Below, piece by piece: positions 53,053 to 64,000 of a DNA stretch of 64,000 nt. The position numbers and the translations under genes are program-made. The DNA lies in contig OZ024746.1 in assembly GCA_964016885.1 (NCBI GenBank), forward strand, positions 96,224,001 through 96,288,000. The letters are read 5' to 3'. The notes under the pieces were generated by a model. The model did no database searches. It saw only the letters and a list, made by a program, of their open reading frames with translations, and had not been told where the DNA came from. Each line of letters opens with the position of its first letter. Position 1 is the first letter of the stretch. Source of the DNA: Eledone cirrhosa (taxonomy: Eukaryota).

Positions 53053-54699
53053 AATTAACTTAGTGAGGTATATTTGTGTATTGGTGTGAGTTGTTAAGAT
53101 TGTAAAGTGAATTTAGTTGTGATGTTATTGCATCACTTCCTATATTATCTGTATTACTTGAAACTGCAGCTGTATAGAATCCATTGATATCTCCTACAAT
53201 CACATTGTTGGTAAGTTTGGTATTGGCAGTATATGTGTATGTGTCTATTAATTTGCTGCTTCATATTCTAAAGCCGATAGTCCAACTTTATCAGAATGTA
53301 ATTAGGGATTTGAGCTGTCCTTTGTTTTGCTTGTAAAGGTGTTACCAGAACTAGCAATTGTTGTGTGTGATGATAACACATTTTTTTTTTTACTTCCATA
53401 AAGGTGTTTTTTATGCCTTTACTGTTATATTGTTATATTAACATTTTGTGTTATATCTACAAGCTTTATGTTTGTGAGTGAAGTGGGGTTTTTATGTGTC
53501 CTGTAACACTGAAGAAGGAACTAATAATGTTACATACCGTTGTTGTTGTTTCTGAGATGTGGAGTTTTTTTGTAAATGATGATGTTTAATTGAATTTCTG
53601 TGAATATCTGGAAAAAAACCTTCTTGAGCATTTTAAAAAAAATATTTCATACAAAATCTTTTGCTTTTTGATGGCATCCACTTGCATGTTACTATGTTTC
53701 TCTGTGACTTGTCAAATTCTTATTACCTTAGCATTTATATCTTACACGTATTGTCAGGCTTCCAAATGACCAAACTTATTTCCTAGTTATATTTGTATTA
53801 ACCCTTTACCATTTACATTACTCTATATTTACTATTATATTTTCACGGTTAAAGCTTTACCTCACATAATATCAAATCTTTGAGATTTTGATATTATTTG
53901 TTTTGAGAACAATACCTTAACATCAATATGAGCAGCCGGTTACAGCCAGTTTGAAAAGAAAGAGGTGAGAGAATTCTGGCTGGATATGACTGGTTTAACA
54001 TTCACATTACTCTATATATACTATTGAATCTATGAGATTTTGATACTATTTATTTTGAGAACAATATGTTTACATCAGTATGAGTAGCCAGTTATGGCCT
54101 TTTTGAACAGAAAGAGGTGAGAGAGTTCTGGCTGGATACAGCCAGTTTAAATGCTAAAGGGTTAAATATATATCATTCGACTAGCTTTCAAGTCATGATC
54201 ACCATATCTTCTTTTGTGAATTAATATTCAGAACTACCTTATTAAATATATTCCTCTTGTTATAAAATGGTTGGGTATGACTGGAAGGAGATTTGGTTGA
54301 ATCGTTAAGAAATTCGCTTCATAATTATGAGGTCTCAGGTTTGAACCCACCGTGTGCCTTTATCACAGCTTCCAGTTGACCGAAATCTTGTGAATGAAAC
54401 TGTATGGAAGCCTGACAGGCAGGGTTGGAATTAGACCTTGGTGGAGCTGGGGCACTTCAAGAATTAGAATACACAGCAAAGCCCCCAATTTTACATATCA
54501 AAGTTAGCTTGGTACAAGTAATTGGAATTGAAAAGTTATATATACAGGTATTAAATAAAAAAATTCTAACCACCCTAAAACTAAAAAGCCCAGCTAAGGA
54601 GGGCAGAAATAAATTGCTATGGCCGTCACTGGTGCTCCTCCCCACTACAGGGGGCCTGGGGCAATTTCCACCTCCCCATTCCCATTAAATTTGGTGCTT

Positions 54700-54835
54700 G
54701 GCATGGCTGTGTGGTTAAAGAGTTCAGTTCACAACCATGTAGTTTTAGGTTCAGTCACACTGTGAGGCACCTTGGACAAGTATCTTTTACTACAGCCATA
54801 GTAAGTGATATCTGGTAACTATGTAGAAGCCTGTT
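54700..54835 (+). mobile_element. Octopus-type tRNA-derived SINE head
   Basis: GCATGGCTGTGTGGTTAA...GGTTCAGTC...GGCACCTTGGACAAGT. Confidence 0.6.
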
Positions 54836-56242
54836 GTCTGCAGGGGCCCAGGGCAATTACCCCCTTTTCCCCCCATTAAATCCGGCCCTACTGGCAGATA
54901 GATAGTACCTGTAATTTGAAGGTCCAGCCATGTCACATATTGTATTATGCTGATTCAGCTTGAGAATTACATTAAAAGTACACGTGTCTGTGGAATACTC
55001 AGCCACTTACAAAGATGTTAATTCCCAAGCTGGACATTGTGGTTGATCAAATAACTGACAGAGAACCTATTAGGGCAGGTTAAATGATAGTATATATACT
55101 CCTTTATTGGTTCATTAAGAGTCTGACTTTTTAAATCAGTGATCTGGTGAACAATGTCTGACAATACTTTAACCTTTTAGCATTTACATTACTCTATATA
55201 TACTATTGTATTTTCATGGTAAAGACTTTATTTCACATTATATCAAATCTATGAGATTTTGATATTATTTATTTTGAGAACAATACCTTAACATAAGTAT
55301 AAGTAGTTGGTTGTGGCCAGTTTGAACAGAAGAGGTGAGAGAATTCTGTCCGGATACAGCCGGTTTAACCCTTTACCATTCACATTATTCTATATATGCT
55401 ATTGTATTTTCACATCAAAAGCTTTACCTCACATAATATTGAATCTATGAGATTTTGATATTATTTATTTTGAGAACAATACCTTAACATCAGTATGAGC
55501 GGCTGATTATGACCGGTTAGAACAGACAGAGGTGAAAGAATTCTAGCCGGATACATCCGGTTTAAATGCTAAGGGGTTAAATGGTGTTTATGCTCTGCTG
55601 AACAGTGAATCTTTCATCTTTCTGCAGTGAATTAAAATGCCAATATCAAATAAGATAATTAGTTCAATTTGAGAAATAAACTTGATATTTTTATCTCAAT
55701 AGAAATCAACTCAATATACTTGGTTTGAATTCTACAGGCTGGGTGTATGGGATACCTACAGTCATGAGTCCAATTCCTTTTTCATTTGTTTCACCAAATC
55801 TACATGTCTCCCCTTTACCATGTAGCAACATGTAGTCAATAACTGCTGCTATTAGTCAAACCTGTATGTCTCCACCTTAACATGTAGCCTTATGTAGTAA
55901 ATAGCAACTACTGTAAGCCAAAAATTACATGCATGTCTAGATTTCAGTATTTAAGTCATCATTATAAAATAACTAGCTGGTCCTGTGCCATAAAAAATTA
56001 CGGTTGATTGTAATATCTATACATAATATAAAAAAAGAGATGTTTGTTGGTTGGTTCCTTCACGTTCACTCACACAAGTGATACAAACACAGCTGTGACA
56101 AATCTTAGAACGCTGGACTTCTCTAGTTTCTCATCTCCCTCCTTCCTCAGTCATCACATAGATGTGTTTGTAATAATTATTTTTTCTAAGTGTGTCTGTT
56201 TATATATATATATATATATGTGTAGATGTGGGTCTGTACTTT

Positions 56243-56576
56243 GTCATCACCCCTTCCTTCCTCAGTCGACACCATCACCCCTTCCTTCCTCAGTCGACAC
56301 CATCACCCCTTCCTTCCTCAGTCGACACCATCACACCTTCCTTCCCCAGTCGACGTCATCACCCCTTCCTTCCCCAGTCGACGTCATCACCCCTTCCTTC
56401 CCCAGTCGACGTCATCACCCCTTCCTTCCTCAGTCAATGTTATCACCCCTTCCTTTCTCAGTCGACGCCATCACCCCTTCCTTCCCCAGTCAACGCCATC
56501 ACCCCTTCCTTCCTCAGTCAATGTTATCACCCCTTCCTTCCTCAGTTGACGTAATCACTCCTTCCTTCCTCAGTCA
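56243..56576. repeat. 28-bp minisatellite, about 12 copies
   Basis: CATCACCCCTTCCTTCCTCAGTCGACAC periodicity. Confidence 0.92.
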
Positions 56577-56737
56577 TCTTTCTGCAGTGTGTGATGGACA
56601 AATACACAAGGCTATTATATGAGTAGATTGCTTAACAATTACAAATACCATAGTAATATATTATTTATTTTACATTTAGCGTCTCAGTGATTATATAGTG
56701 TAGTTTATAACACGCAATGATCTTTATTTTCTACTAG

Positions 56738-56838
56738 GGTGACTTAATACTACACAGTAACTATCTGATCGAAGCTCTAACCAAAATTGCAGTAGCTACT
56801 AACAAATCTAGCCTTGTGACAGTCGCCAAAGGAAATAG
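56738..56838 (+). CDS. MYO1C: Myosin-IC-like exon, TH1: GDLILHSNYLIEALTKIAVATNKSSLVTVAKGN
   Basis: ctactag/gtaaga splice sites. GDxxL...IExLTK motif. 101 nt, phase 0 to 2. Confidence 0.94.
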
Positions 56839-56894
56839 GTAAGACATTTTTCGTGTTGTTAAATTATGAATATATCTTAATGTATTTCATCTTA

Positions 56895-57366
56895 TATTAT
56901 ACACTGTATGATGCCTGTGTGAGATGTGCAATACTGCATGGTAGTGAAACATGGGCTGTGACTGCCGAGGACATTTGTAGACTGGAGAGAAATGAAGCAA
57001 CCATGTTTTGTTGGTTGTGCAATGTAAATGTGAGAGAAAGACAGTGCTTGTATGAGCTGAGGGAAAAGCTGGGTTTAAGGGGAATCTGAGATGGTGTGCA
57101 GGAGAGACGACTGCGTTGGTATGGACATGTGATGTGCATGGACAATGACCGATGAGTGAAGAAATGCCAGGAAATCTCAGTGGAAGGAAACTGCAGTAGA
57201 GAATGACCAAGAAAGACCTGGGCAAAGGTTGTAAGAGCTGACCTCAAATCACTAAGACTGGTGGAGGAGATGACAAAGGAGCGTGACATGTGGAGAGCTG
57301 CCGTGGTGAGCAGGACCCATCCAACCCATGCAAGCATGGAAAAACAGATGTAAAAACGATGATGAT
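56895..57366 (+). mobile_element. RTE family R1 3' fragment
   Basis: DACVRCAILHGSETWAVT...ERNE...RLRWYGHV...PRKTW with stop codons. Closely similar to 11480-11958. Confidence 0.85.
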
Positions 57367-58430
57367 TGATTGTTTCCTTGTGAAATTGATTCCATTTGGC
57401 TTTTCTAAAGATTATAAAAGTGGTTTTACTTTGTTCATGGAATGGCTCTCCTTTGGTTCCAGTAATACTTAGAACAGACTTTAACTAACTTAACATGAAG
57501 TGAAGGCATGCAGCCTAGTGTATAGGATGTTGACCTCACAATTGTAAGGTTGTGGGTTCAATTCTGAGACTAAGTGACATGTGTCCTTGGGCAAGACACT
57601 TCATGTTGAAAAAATTAGTATCAGCAGCTGCTGGGAATTAAACTTGCAAAGAACTGACATCCCATCCAAGAGGGACTCATAAATTTTCAAATATTTAATG
57701 TCAAAGAAACTAGGATGAGCTCTGGCCTGAGGAACCCCTAGACATGTTAGAGACTTTAACTAAACATAAATTTATAGCAAGATCACAGTAAACTGAGACT
57801 TCAATACAAGTTCAATTCTTGCTTGAACTACTTTGTTTCTTTTATGGGTTTTCATTGTCCTCCAAAGAAAATACAAATGAGTTTTCTCCATATTACTCTA
57901 TATTTGCTATTGTATTTTCACAGTAAAGGCTTTACCTCACATAGTTATCTCACATATCTCACATACCATTTACATTACTCTATATATACTATTATATTTT
58001 CACGGTAAGTGCTTTATCTCATAATTATCTCACCTAGTATTTACATTACTCTATATTTACTATTGTATTTTCACGGGAAAGGCTTTATCTCATAATTATC
58101 TCACCTAGTATTTACATTACTCTATATTTACTATTGTATTTTCATGGGAAAGGCTTTATCTCATAATTATCTCACCTAATATCGAATCTATGAGATTTTG
58201 ATGTTATTTATTTTGAGAACAATACCTTATCAGTATGGGTGGCCGGTTACAGCTGGTTTGAACAGAAAGAGGTGAGAGAATTTTGGCCAGATATGGCTGG
58301 TTTAAATGCTAAGGGTTAAGGAAGTTAGACAAACAAGGATTACAATCTGTAAATAATATTAAATAGATTGTTTTTCTTTTTATTGAGTGGCTTCTTTCTG
58401 TTCTAATGATCTTATTTGATTTCTTTATAG

Positions 58431-58530
58431 TATCACACATGATGTATCAAGTGGTAAACAAGGAAACATTCAGTTCTCCAAAGGACCTGTATATTCTGTG
58501 AAGAAAAATAAAGCAGGAGGCCTTATTGTT
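58431..58530 (+). CDS. MYO1C: Myosin-IC-like exon: SITHDVSSGKQGNIQFSKGPVYSVKKNKAGGLIV
   Basis: ttatag/gtaagt splice sites. Resembles the MYO1C/Myo61F C-terminal beta region. 100 nt, phase 2 to 0. Confidence 0.92.
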
Positions 58531-60581
58531 GTAAGTTCTAGTTTACACTATTTAAACCTTTGGAATTTACATTACTCTATATTTACTATTATATTTTCTT
58601 GGTAAACACTTCACCTCGCATAATTATCTCTCATCATATCGAATCTACAAGATTTTGATATTATTTATTTTGAGAACAATACCTTAACATCAGTATGAGC
58701 GGCCAGTTTGAACAGAAAGAGTTGAGAGAATTCTGGCCGAATATGGTTTAAATGCTAAAGGGTTAATATAAACTGTTTTGTTACCATATTTCTATTGAAA
58801 AATACTGTATATAATTTTCAAATAGTTTTGAAAATAATCAAGAATTTGGGGGGATATGAACTAACTTTCTCATTATTAAACTGGAGTTTAGAACATAACT
58901 TAACAAAGGTTCTTAGATAAATATAAACACTTCAATCCAAATGAAACCGGCTTTGGTTCTATGAAATAAAATCACCCATTTTAAAGGTTTACAATTAAAA
59001 TCTTTCAACATAATTTTTATATAAGAACCTTACATTAAGTTAATTAGTAATGAAATAATTAAAATTGTTGATAAATCCCTCAAAATTCTTCGTTAATTAA
59101 TTGAAACAGTGTATTTCATTAGAAATATGATAATGAAAGGTTTAAAACAAAGTGTTGTATCATAGAACCAGGAGCAGTTTCAAGGGTTTTGGTATCAAAA
59201 GAGTCAAACTATTTTATTTCATTGTACTACCAATTGATTGACCGTTTTTTTTTATTTTGTTTTATTAGAGTGACTAATTAAGGCTTTATATTTAATATTC
59301 TTTTCTGTTAACCTTTTATCATTTACATTATACTATATATACTATTGTATTTTCATGGTAAATGCTTTATTTCATATTGAATCTACGAGATTTTGATATT
59401 ATTTATTTTGAGAACAATACTTTAACATCAGTATGAGCAGCTGGTTATGGCCGGTTTGAACAGAAAGAGGTGAGACAATTCTGGCCGGATACAACTGGTT
59501 TAAATACGAAAGGGCTAAAGTATTTTGTGTTATCTCTTTATAAATGAGATAACAAAAACGAGCTGTAACCTAACATCTTTATACTATACTTCTTTATTTC
59601 TCCTCGATCGTTATCCTTATCTATATAGTCCTATTGTGACCCAGGTTGATGAAGCAGGAGACATAATGATCCAAGTCTTTTGGAGCTTCTCACCTCTGTG
59701 TACTAACTCTCTGCAATATCGGGACGACAGTTTTTAACAAAGAGTTTTACTCCTCTAGATGAGTATAACCCTGCTGAACTTTATACTTTATACTTTGCCA
59801 AAGCGCAACCTGTATTTGACCCCAAAATGTTTCTTCTAAGCATATGTGCAGCTAACCCTTATATCCAAAGGTTTTTCTCGAATTCATCACCTGGAAACTC
59901 AGGACAACTATGGAAATATTTAATTGGATCCTTGGTGGTAAGAAACTCTCAGGAGAACTGGACAGCAGAAGGTCTTCAAAGATGAACCCTGCCACCACTC
60001 AAGCGAGTGTTTCGGTCCTTAACTTCTGGGGCAGTATTTAATTGGACCTAATATATTAGGCGGTGAATTGGCAGTCATTAAAACATCGGATAGAATGTTT
60101 TACGGTATTTGTCCCACCTCATTGCGCACTCCGAGTTCAAATCCCATTGGAGCCAACTTTGCCTTTCATCCTTTCAAAGTCGATAAAAAAAAAAGTACCA
60201 GTCTAGTACTGGGGTTGATTCTTCCTCTATAGAAATTGGCTGTGTTCAGACCTGGAGAGGGTTGGGCTCCGCCAGGTTTAAAAGTGCCCTAGACACACCG
60301 TATGACGGTGCCTCTACGACTCCACAAAGAATTATGGGATCTTTATTTTTTTATTTTAATATATATCAGGTAAAATCTCGTTTTGCAAAAGAGTTAAGAG
60401 AACATGGGGAAATAACAATTACATCTTGTATTCTCTTAACTCTTTTGAAAAAGGAATTTTTCTGAAAATATTATCAAGGAACAAATCAAACTACAAGATT
60501 CCTTCATATGTTTATAATTTATTGAAATTTATATTTATATAAAATACTTATAACATAAGTAATTATTCATTCTGTTTTCAG

Positions 60582-60602
60582 GTTGCTCCAAAATTACAGT
60601 GA
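60582..60602 (+). CDS. MYO1C: Myosin-IC-like terminal coding exon: VAPKLQ*
   Basis: gttttcag acceptor. Resembles the MYO1C terminus VAPRLNSR*. TGA at 60600-60602. Confidence 0.88.
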   Translation, partial: VAPKLQ

Positions 60603-60757
60603 CCACAACAATAAGTTCATACTGTTCAGTTATCCAGGTGCTATGACCAATACAGTTTCCACACGGAATATTTCCAAATAATAACAGCATTACATTGAAA
60701 GAACTTTCTGCCTCCACTGCTCGCTGTGATATAGAAATTGCTGTCAAACTACCTAAA

Positions 60758-60803
60758 AATAAATGCAGCTTCTTTCAACAACTTCAGCTTCAGTAATAAT
60801 AAA
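60758..60803 (+). promoter_or_regulatory. Candidate polyadenylation signals (AATAAA at 60758 and 60798)
   Basis: Two AATAAA hexamers 155-200 nt after the stop codon, followed by a T-rich tract. Confidence 0.5.
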
Positions 60804-61693
60804 TTTACTTTCATTTTTTCTCATTTTTTTCTTCTCCTTTTCTTGAAGATCTTTCCTTTCTCTCTCTTTTTCTTTCTTTTGCGCTCCCTCAATATAATAT
60901 AATAGGCAGGCCACTTGTGTGTTTTACCAGAAGGATCAAATACTTCAGAATCTGTAGGTAAACCACAGACATGCAGGCCTGTGTAAAAGTTGTATAAGCT
61001 TTTGATACAATCTAATGATTAAAACAAAATGGTGCTAGCCAGTCTTACTAGCAAGTGCCTTTTACTGCAGTGTTTGTGTTTGTTTTTGTTTTGTTATTTT
61101 CAGTGTTTTCAATAGTGATGCATTATTTATAATCATTTGAGTTAACTCTTTATCATTTACATTACTCTATATTTACTATATTTTCACGGTAAAGGCTTTA
61201 CCTTACATAATTATCTCACATAATATAGAATCTGATATTTTGAGAACAATACCTTAACATCACTATAAACAGCCAGTTTGAAAAGAAAGAGTTAAGAGAA
61301 TTCTGGACCATAATGCACCAGAGCACTCAATACTTAGAGTGGGTAATAGGAAAAGAGTCGGAACCCCAATGGCTGAGCTCCGGTCTTTTCAACAGCTAGA
61401 TCCGAACTGTTCGGATCTAGCTGTTGAAAAGACCGGAGCTCAGGCGTTGGGGTCCTGACTCTTTTCCTATATATATATATATATAATTGTTTCTACTTTT
61501 GGCCAGCAATTACCCAGTGCATTACTGGTACTTTATTTATCGACCCCGTAAGGATGAAAGGCAAAGTTAACCTCGGCGGGATTTGAACTCAGATCATAAA
61601 GGGCCGTTACTCTATGCTGCAAAGCATGGCGTCCGACCTTCTACCGATACTGCCAACCCACTCGCCCATAACTCATATATATATATATATATA

Positions 61694-62507
61694 TTGAAAA
61701 GGTAACACACTAGAGAGATAGTGCGCTATCAATAAAACAGGGAAAAACTACCAGTGTATGGAATCTATAACCTATGAAAGGCAGAATATAGACACAATAA
61801 TTAAAAGTATAAATTAAAGCGTAAATAAATACCTCTATAACTATATAACACACGTACAAATCCAAAGAGATCTGTTTCACCAGTAAGTTGTTGACAGAAA
61901 TGAAATAACCCAGGTTCATCAGCGTGTGTAAGGCTATACATTTCAGACAACACTAAGAGAATTTTAAAGTGACTGTCCAGCTACACATGGGAGAGAAGTC
62001 ACAGCGTGTTTAAGGACAGTGAACCAGTGCCCTCTGAGGGACGAGCTGCTAGAAAGGGCAGCCCAAAACCACTCAGAGAAGTATGCTCAACCAAACAGAG
62101 AGGAAAGACTGTTATAAGGAGTGAAATATCACGATACATTAACGAAGCCATAGACTCTCGCCATTCCCTGTAAATAATGTGCTCAAAGGAGAGGAAATTC
62201 TGTCATTCTGTCAACAACTTACTGGCGAAACAGATCTCTTTGGATTTGTACGTGTGTTATATAGTTATAGAGGTATTTATTTACGCTTTAATTTATACTT
62301 TTAATTATCGTGTCTATAGTCTGCCTTTCATAGGTTATAGAGTCCATACACAGGTAGTTCTTTCCCTGTTTTATTGATAGCGCACTGTATCTCTTTCTAG
62401 TGTGTTACCTTTTCAACATATTGTATTTTAAAGAGCTCAGGATTTCCTCTCCTTTGAGCACATTATTTACAGGGAATGGCAAGAGTCTAATGCTCCGTTA
62501 ATTTATT

Positions 62508-62514
<7 letters not shown>
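61694..62514. mobile_element. Element with interlocked inverted repeats (Penelope pLTR-like or DIRS-like), embedded in (TA)n
   Basis: A 61694-61903 pairs with A' 62203-62416, and B 62126-62198 pairs with B' 62442-62514. Confidence 0.55.
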
Positions 62515-62543
<29 letters not shown>

Positions 62544-62782
62544 CACACACACACACATATTCACCTGATCTGGAAAACATTATATGTAACTACATGGTTT
62601 ATATCCAAGTGTCTGCAAGTACATATTTCTAATACAAACACTTCTCAATATTGAAACATACATTCATATACAAACTATTCTACATACTTCTCTCTGAACA
62701 TCCTCAAGGAGTCAGGAAACCCACACACTCACAAACCAACAAGGAGTAAACAACAAATAAAATAAAATATAGTCACACCAGA

Positions 62783-64000
62783 ATGGCTACTCAACAAAAA
62801 TCCAAACAAAACTGGTCTGAGAATGAAATAGATCTAATAAACTCATGGTACTGCCTTACCTAAACAGAAAACATAGGTGCTTCATGTGGATGAGATTGCT
62901 AAGCAGACGGTTCAGCTTTTAAAAACCGGAACAGAACAGCAGATTCAAAACAAACTAAAACAAATTGAAGTTGCATTAATTAACCGTTTACCATTTACAT
63001 TACTCTCTATTTACTATTATATTTTCACTTTATCTCATATAATATGGAATCTATGAGATTTTGATATTATTTATTTTGAGAACAATACCTTAACATCAGT
63101 ATGAGTGACCGGTTACGGCTGGTTTGAACAGAAAGAGGTGAGAGAATTCTTGTTGGATACAGCCGGTTTAAATGCTAAAGGGTTAACAGACATTCTGATA
63201 AACTAAAATGTATTTTTTCTTCAAACACTTGAGCAGCACCCAACACTACCACCGCAAGAACAACAACTTCAATCACTCTTCAATTCAACCACAATGGAAA
63301 CCATCAACCTTTCAGATACCAGCTTCTCACAGCAAGAAACCGAAAAATCACTTCCTCTCACTGCCCCAATGCTTCAATCAAGCAATAACTCATCATCATC
63401 ATCATTGTCAACATCTCCTCTGCCTACTGCTACTATCAACCCCAAAACAACATCTTTCCTACTATCTCAAGGAATTTACCACACACAGGTCACACAGGTC
63501 ACCCTAACCTACACAAATTATCATCTATTCCTCTCCCAACACACACACCCCCTTGAAACCTCATCATTTGCTGCTATTCTTTACGTAGTACTGCCAGAGA
63601 CTGCAAATTGACTCATTGACACGGGACAAAGCCCTTAATCTCTATAGACAACAGCAGCCGACACATATTCAACCAATAATTTCACCAAATGCTAAAACAC
63701 AGAATCCCAAAACATGCCGCTATTCACAGCGAGACAGATTATGTCTGCAGCGTGATTGTCCTTTTACCCATCTTCCGGGGACTCGTCGTACGAATAAAAA
63801 AAAAACCCTAACCAATACAACCCCCCCTCCCCATCTACAGTCACTTACAGTTCCCTAAAAAGGGGACCTCTTCTTCAGCTATAATGAATCTGACAAAAGA
63901 ACTACAAAAAAAAAACATTCTAGCCATCACCCAACACCACCCCACTGTACAAACTCCCATTGCTGCCATTAACAAACAAACCCCCAAAACAATTAAAATC
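62783..64000 (+). pseudogene. Degenerate ORF1-like sequence of a retroelement (Myb/SANT-like start plus a CCCH-like knuckle), interrupted by a family A MITE
   Basis: MATQQKSKQNWSENEIDLINSW...RTA..IQNKLKQI (frameshifted), then CRYSQRDRLCLQRDCPFTHLPGT. Multiple stops and frameshifts. Confidence 0.35.

Noticed and set aside
59590-59990. Coding-looking unique block
   Set aside because: The frames I translated contain stops and no recognisable motif. It is probably an old TE fragment and was left unassigned.

Overview
Repeat-rich eukaryotic (animal) genomic DNA, most likely an octopod cephalopod; this is inferred from the octopus-type tRNA-derived SINEs and RTE-LINE tails. The only real protein-coding gene is the 3' part of a class-I unconventional myosin of the MYO1C/Myo61F type on the + strand. 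I could splice 12 phase-consistent GT-AG exons (10357-60602, 1075 nt of CDS) encoding the end of the motor/converter, the IQ neck, the TH1/PH tail and the stop codon. A candidate 36-nt acidic cassette exon lies at 34224-34259. The introns are filled with TTAA-flanked piggyBac-like MITEs (about 20 copies of one family, several nested), hAT-, pogo- and Tc1-like relics, RTE, Tx1-like and CRE-like LINE fragments, SINEs and more than ten minisatellites. Several minisatellites visibly grew out of these elements. All long ORFs in the supplied track are artefacts of tandem repeats. Downstream of the gene are a near-perfect palindrome and an interlocked inverted-repeat element. No prokaryotic-type system or CRISPR array is present. 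Family assignments come from motif recall, not from database searches.
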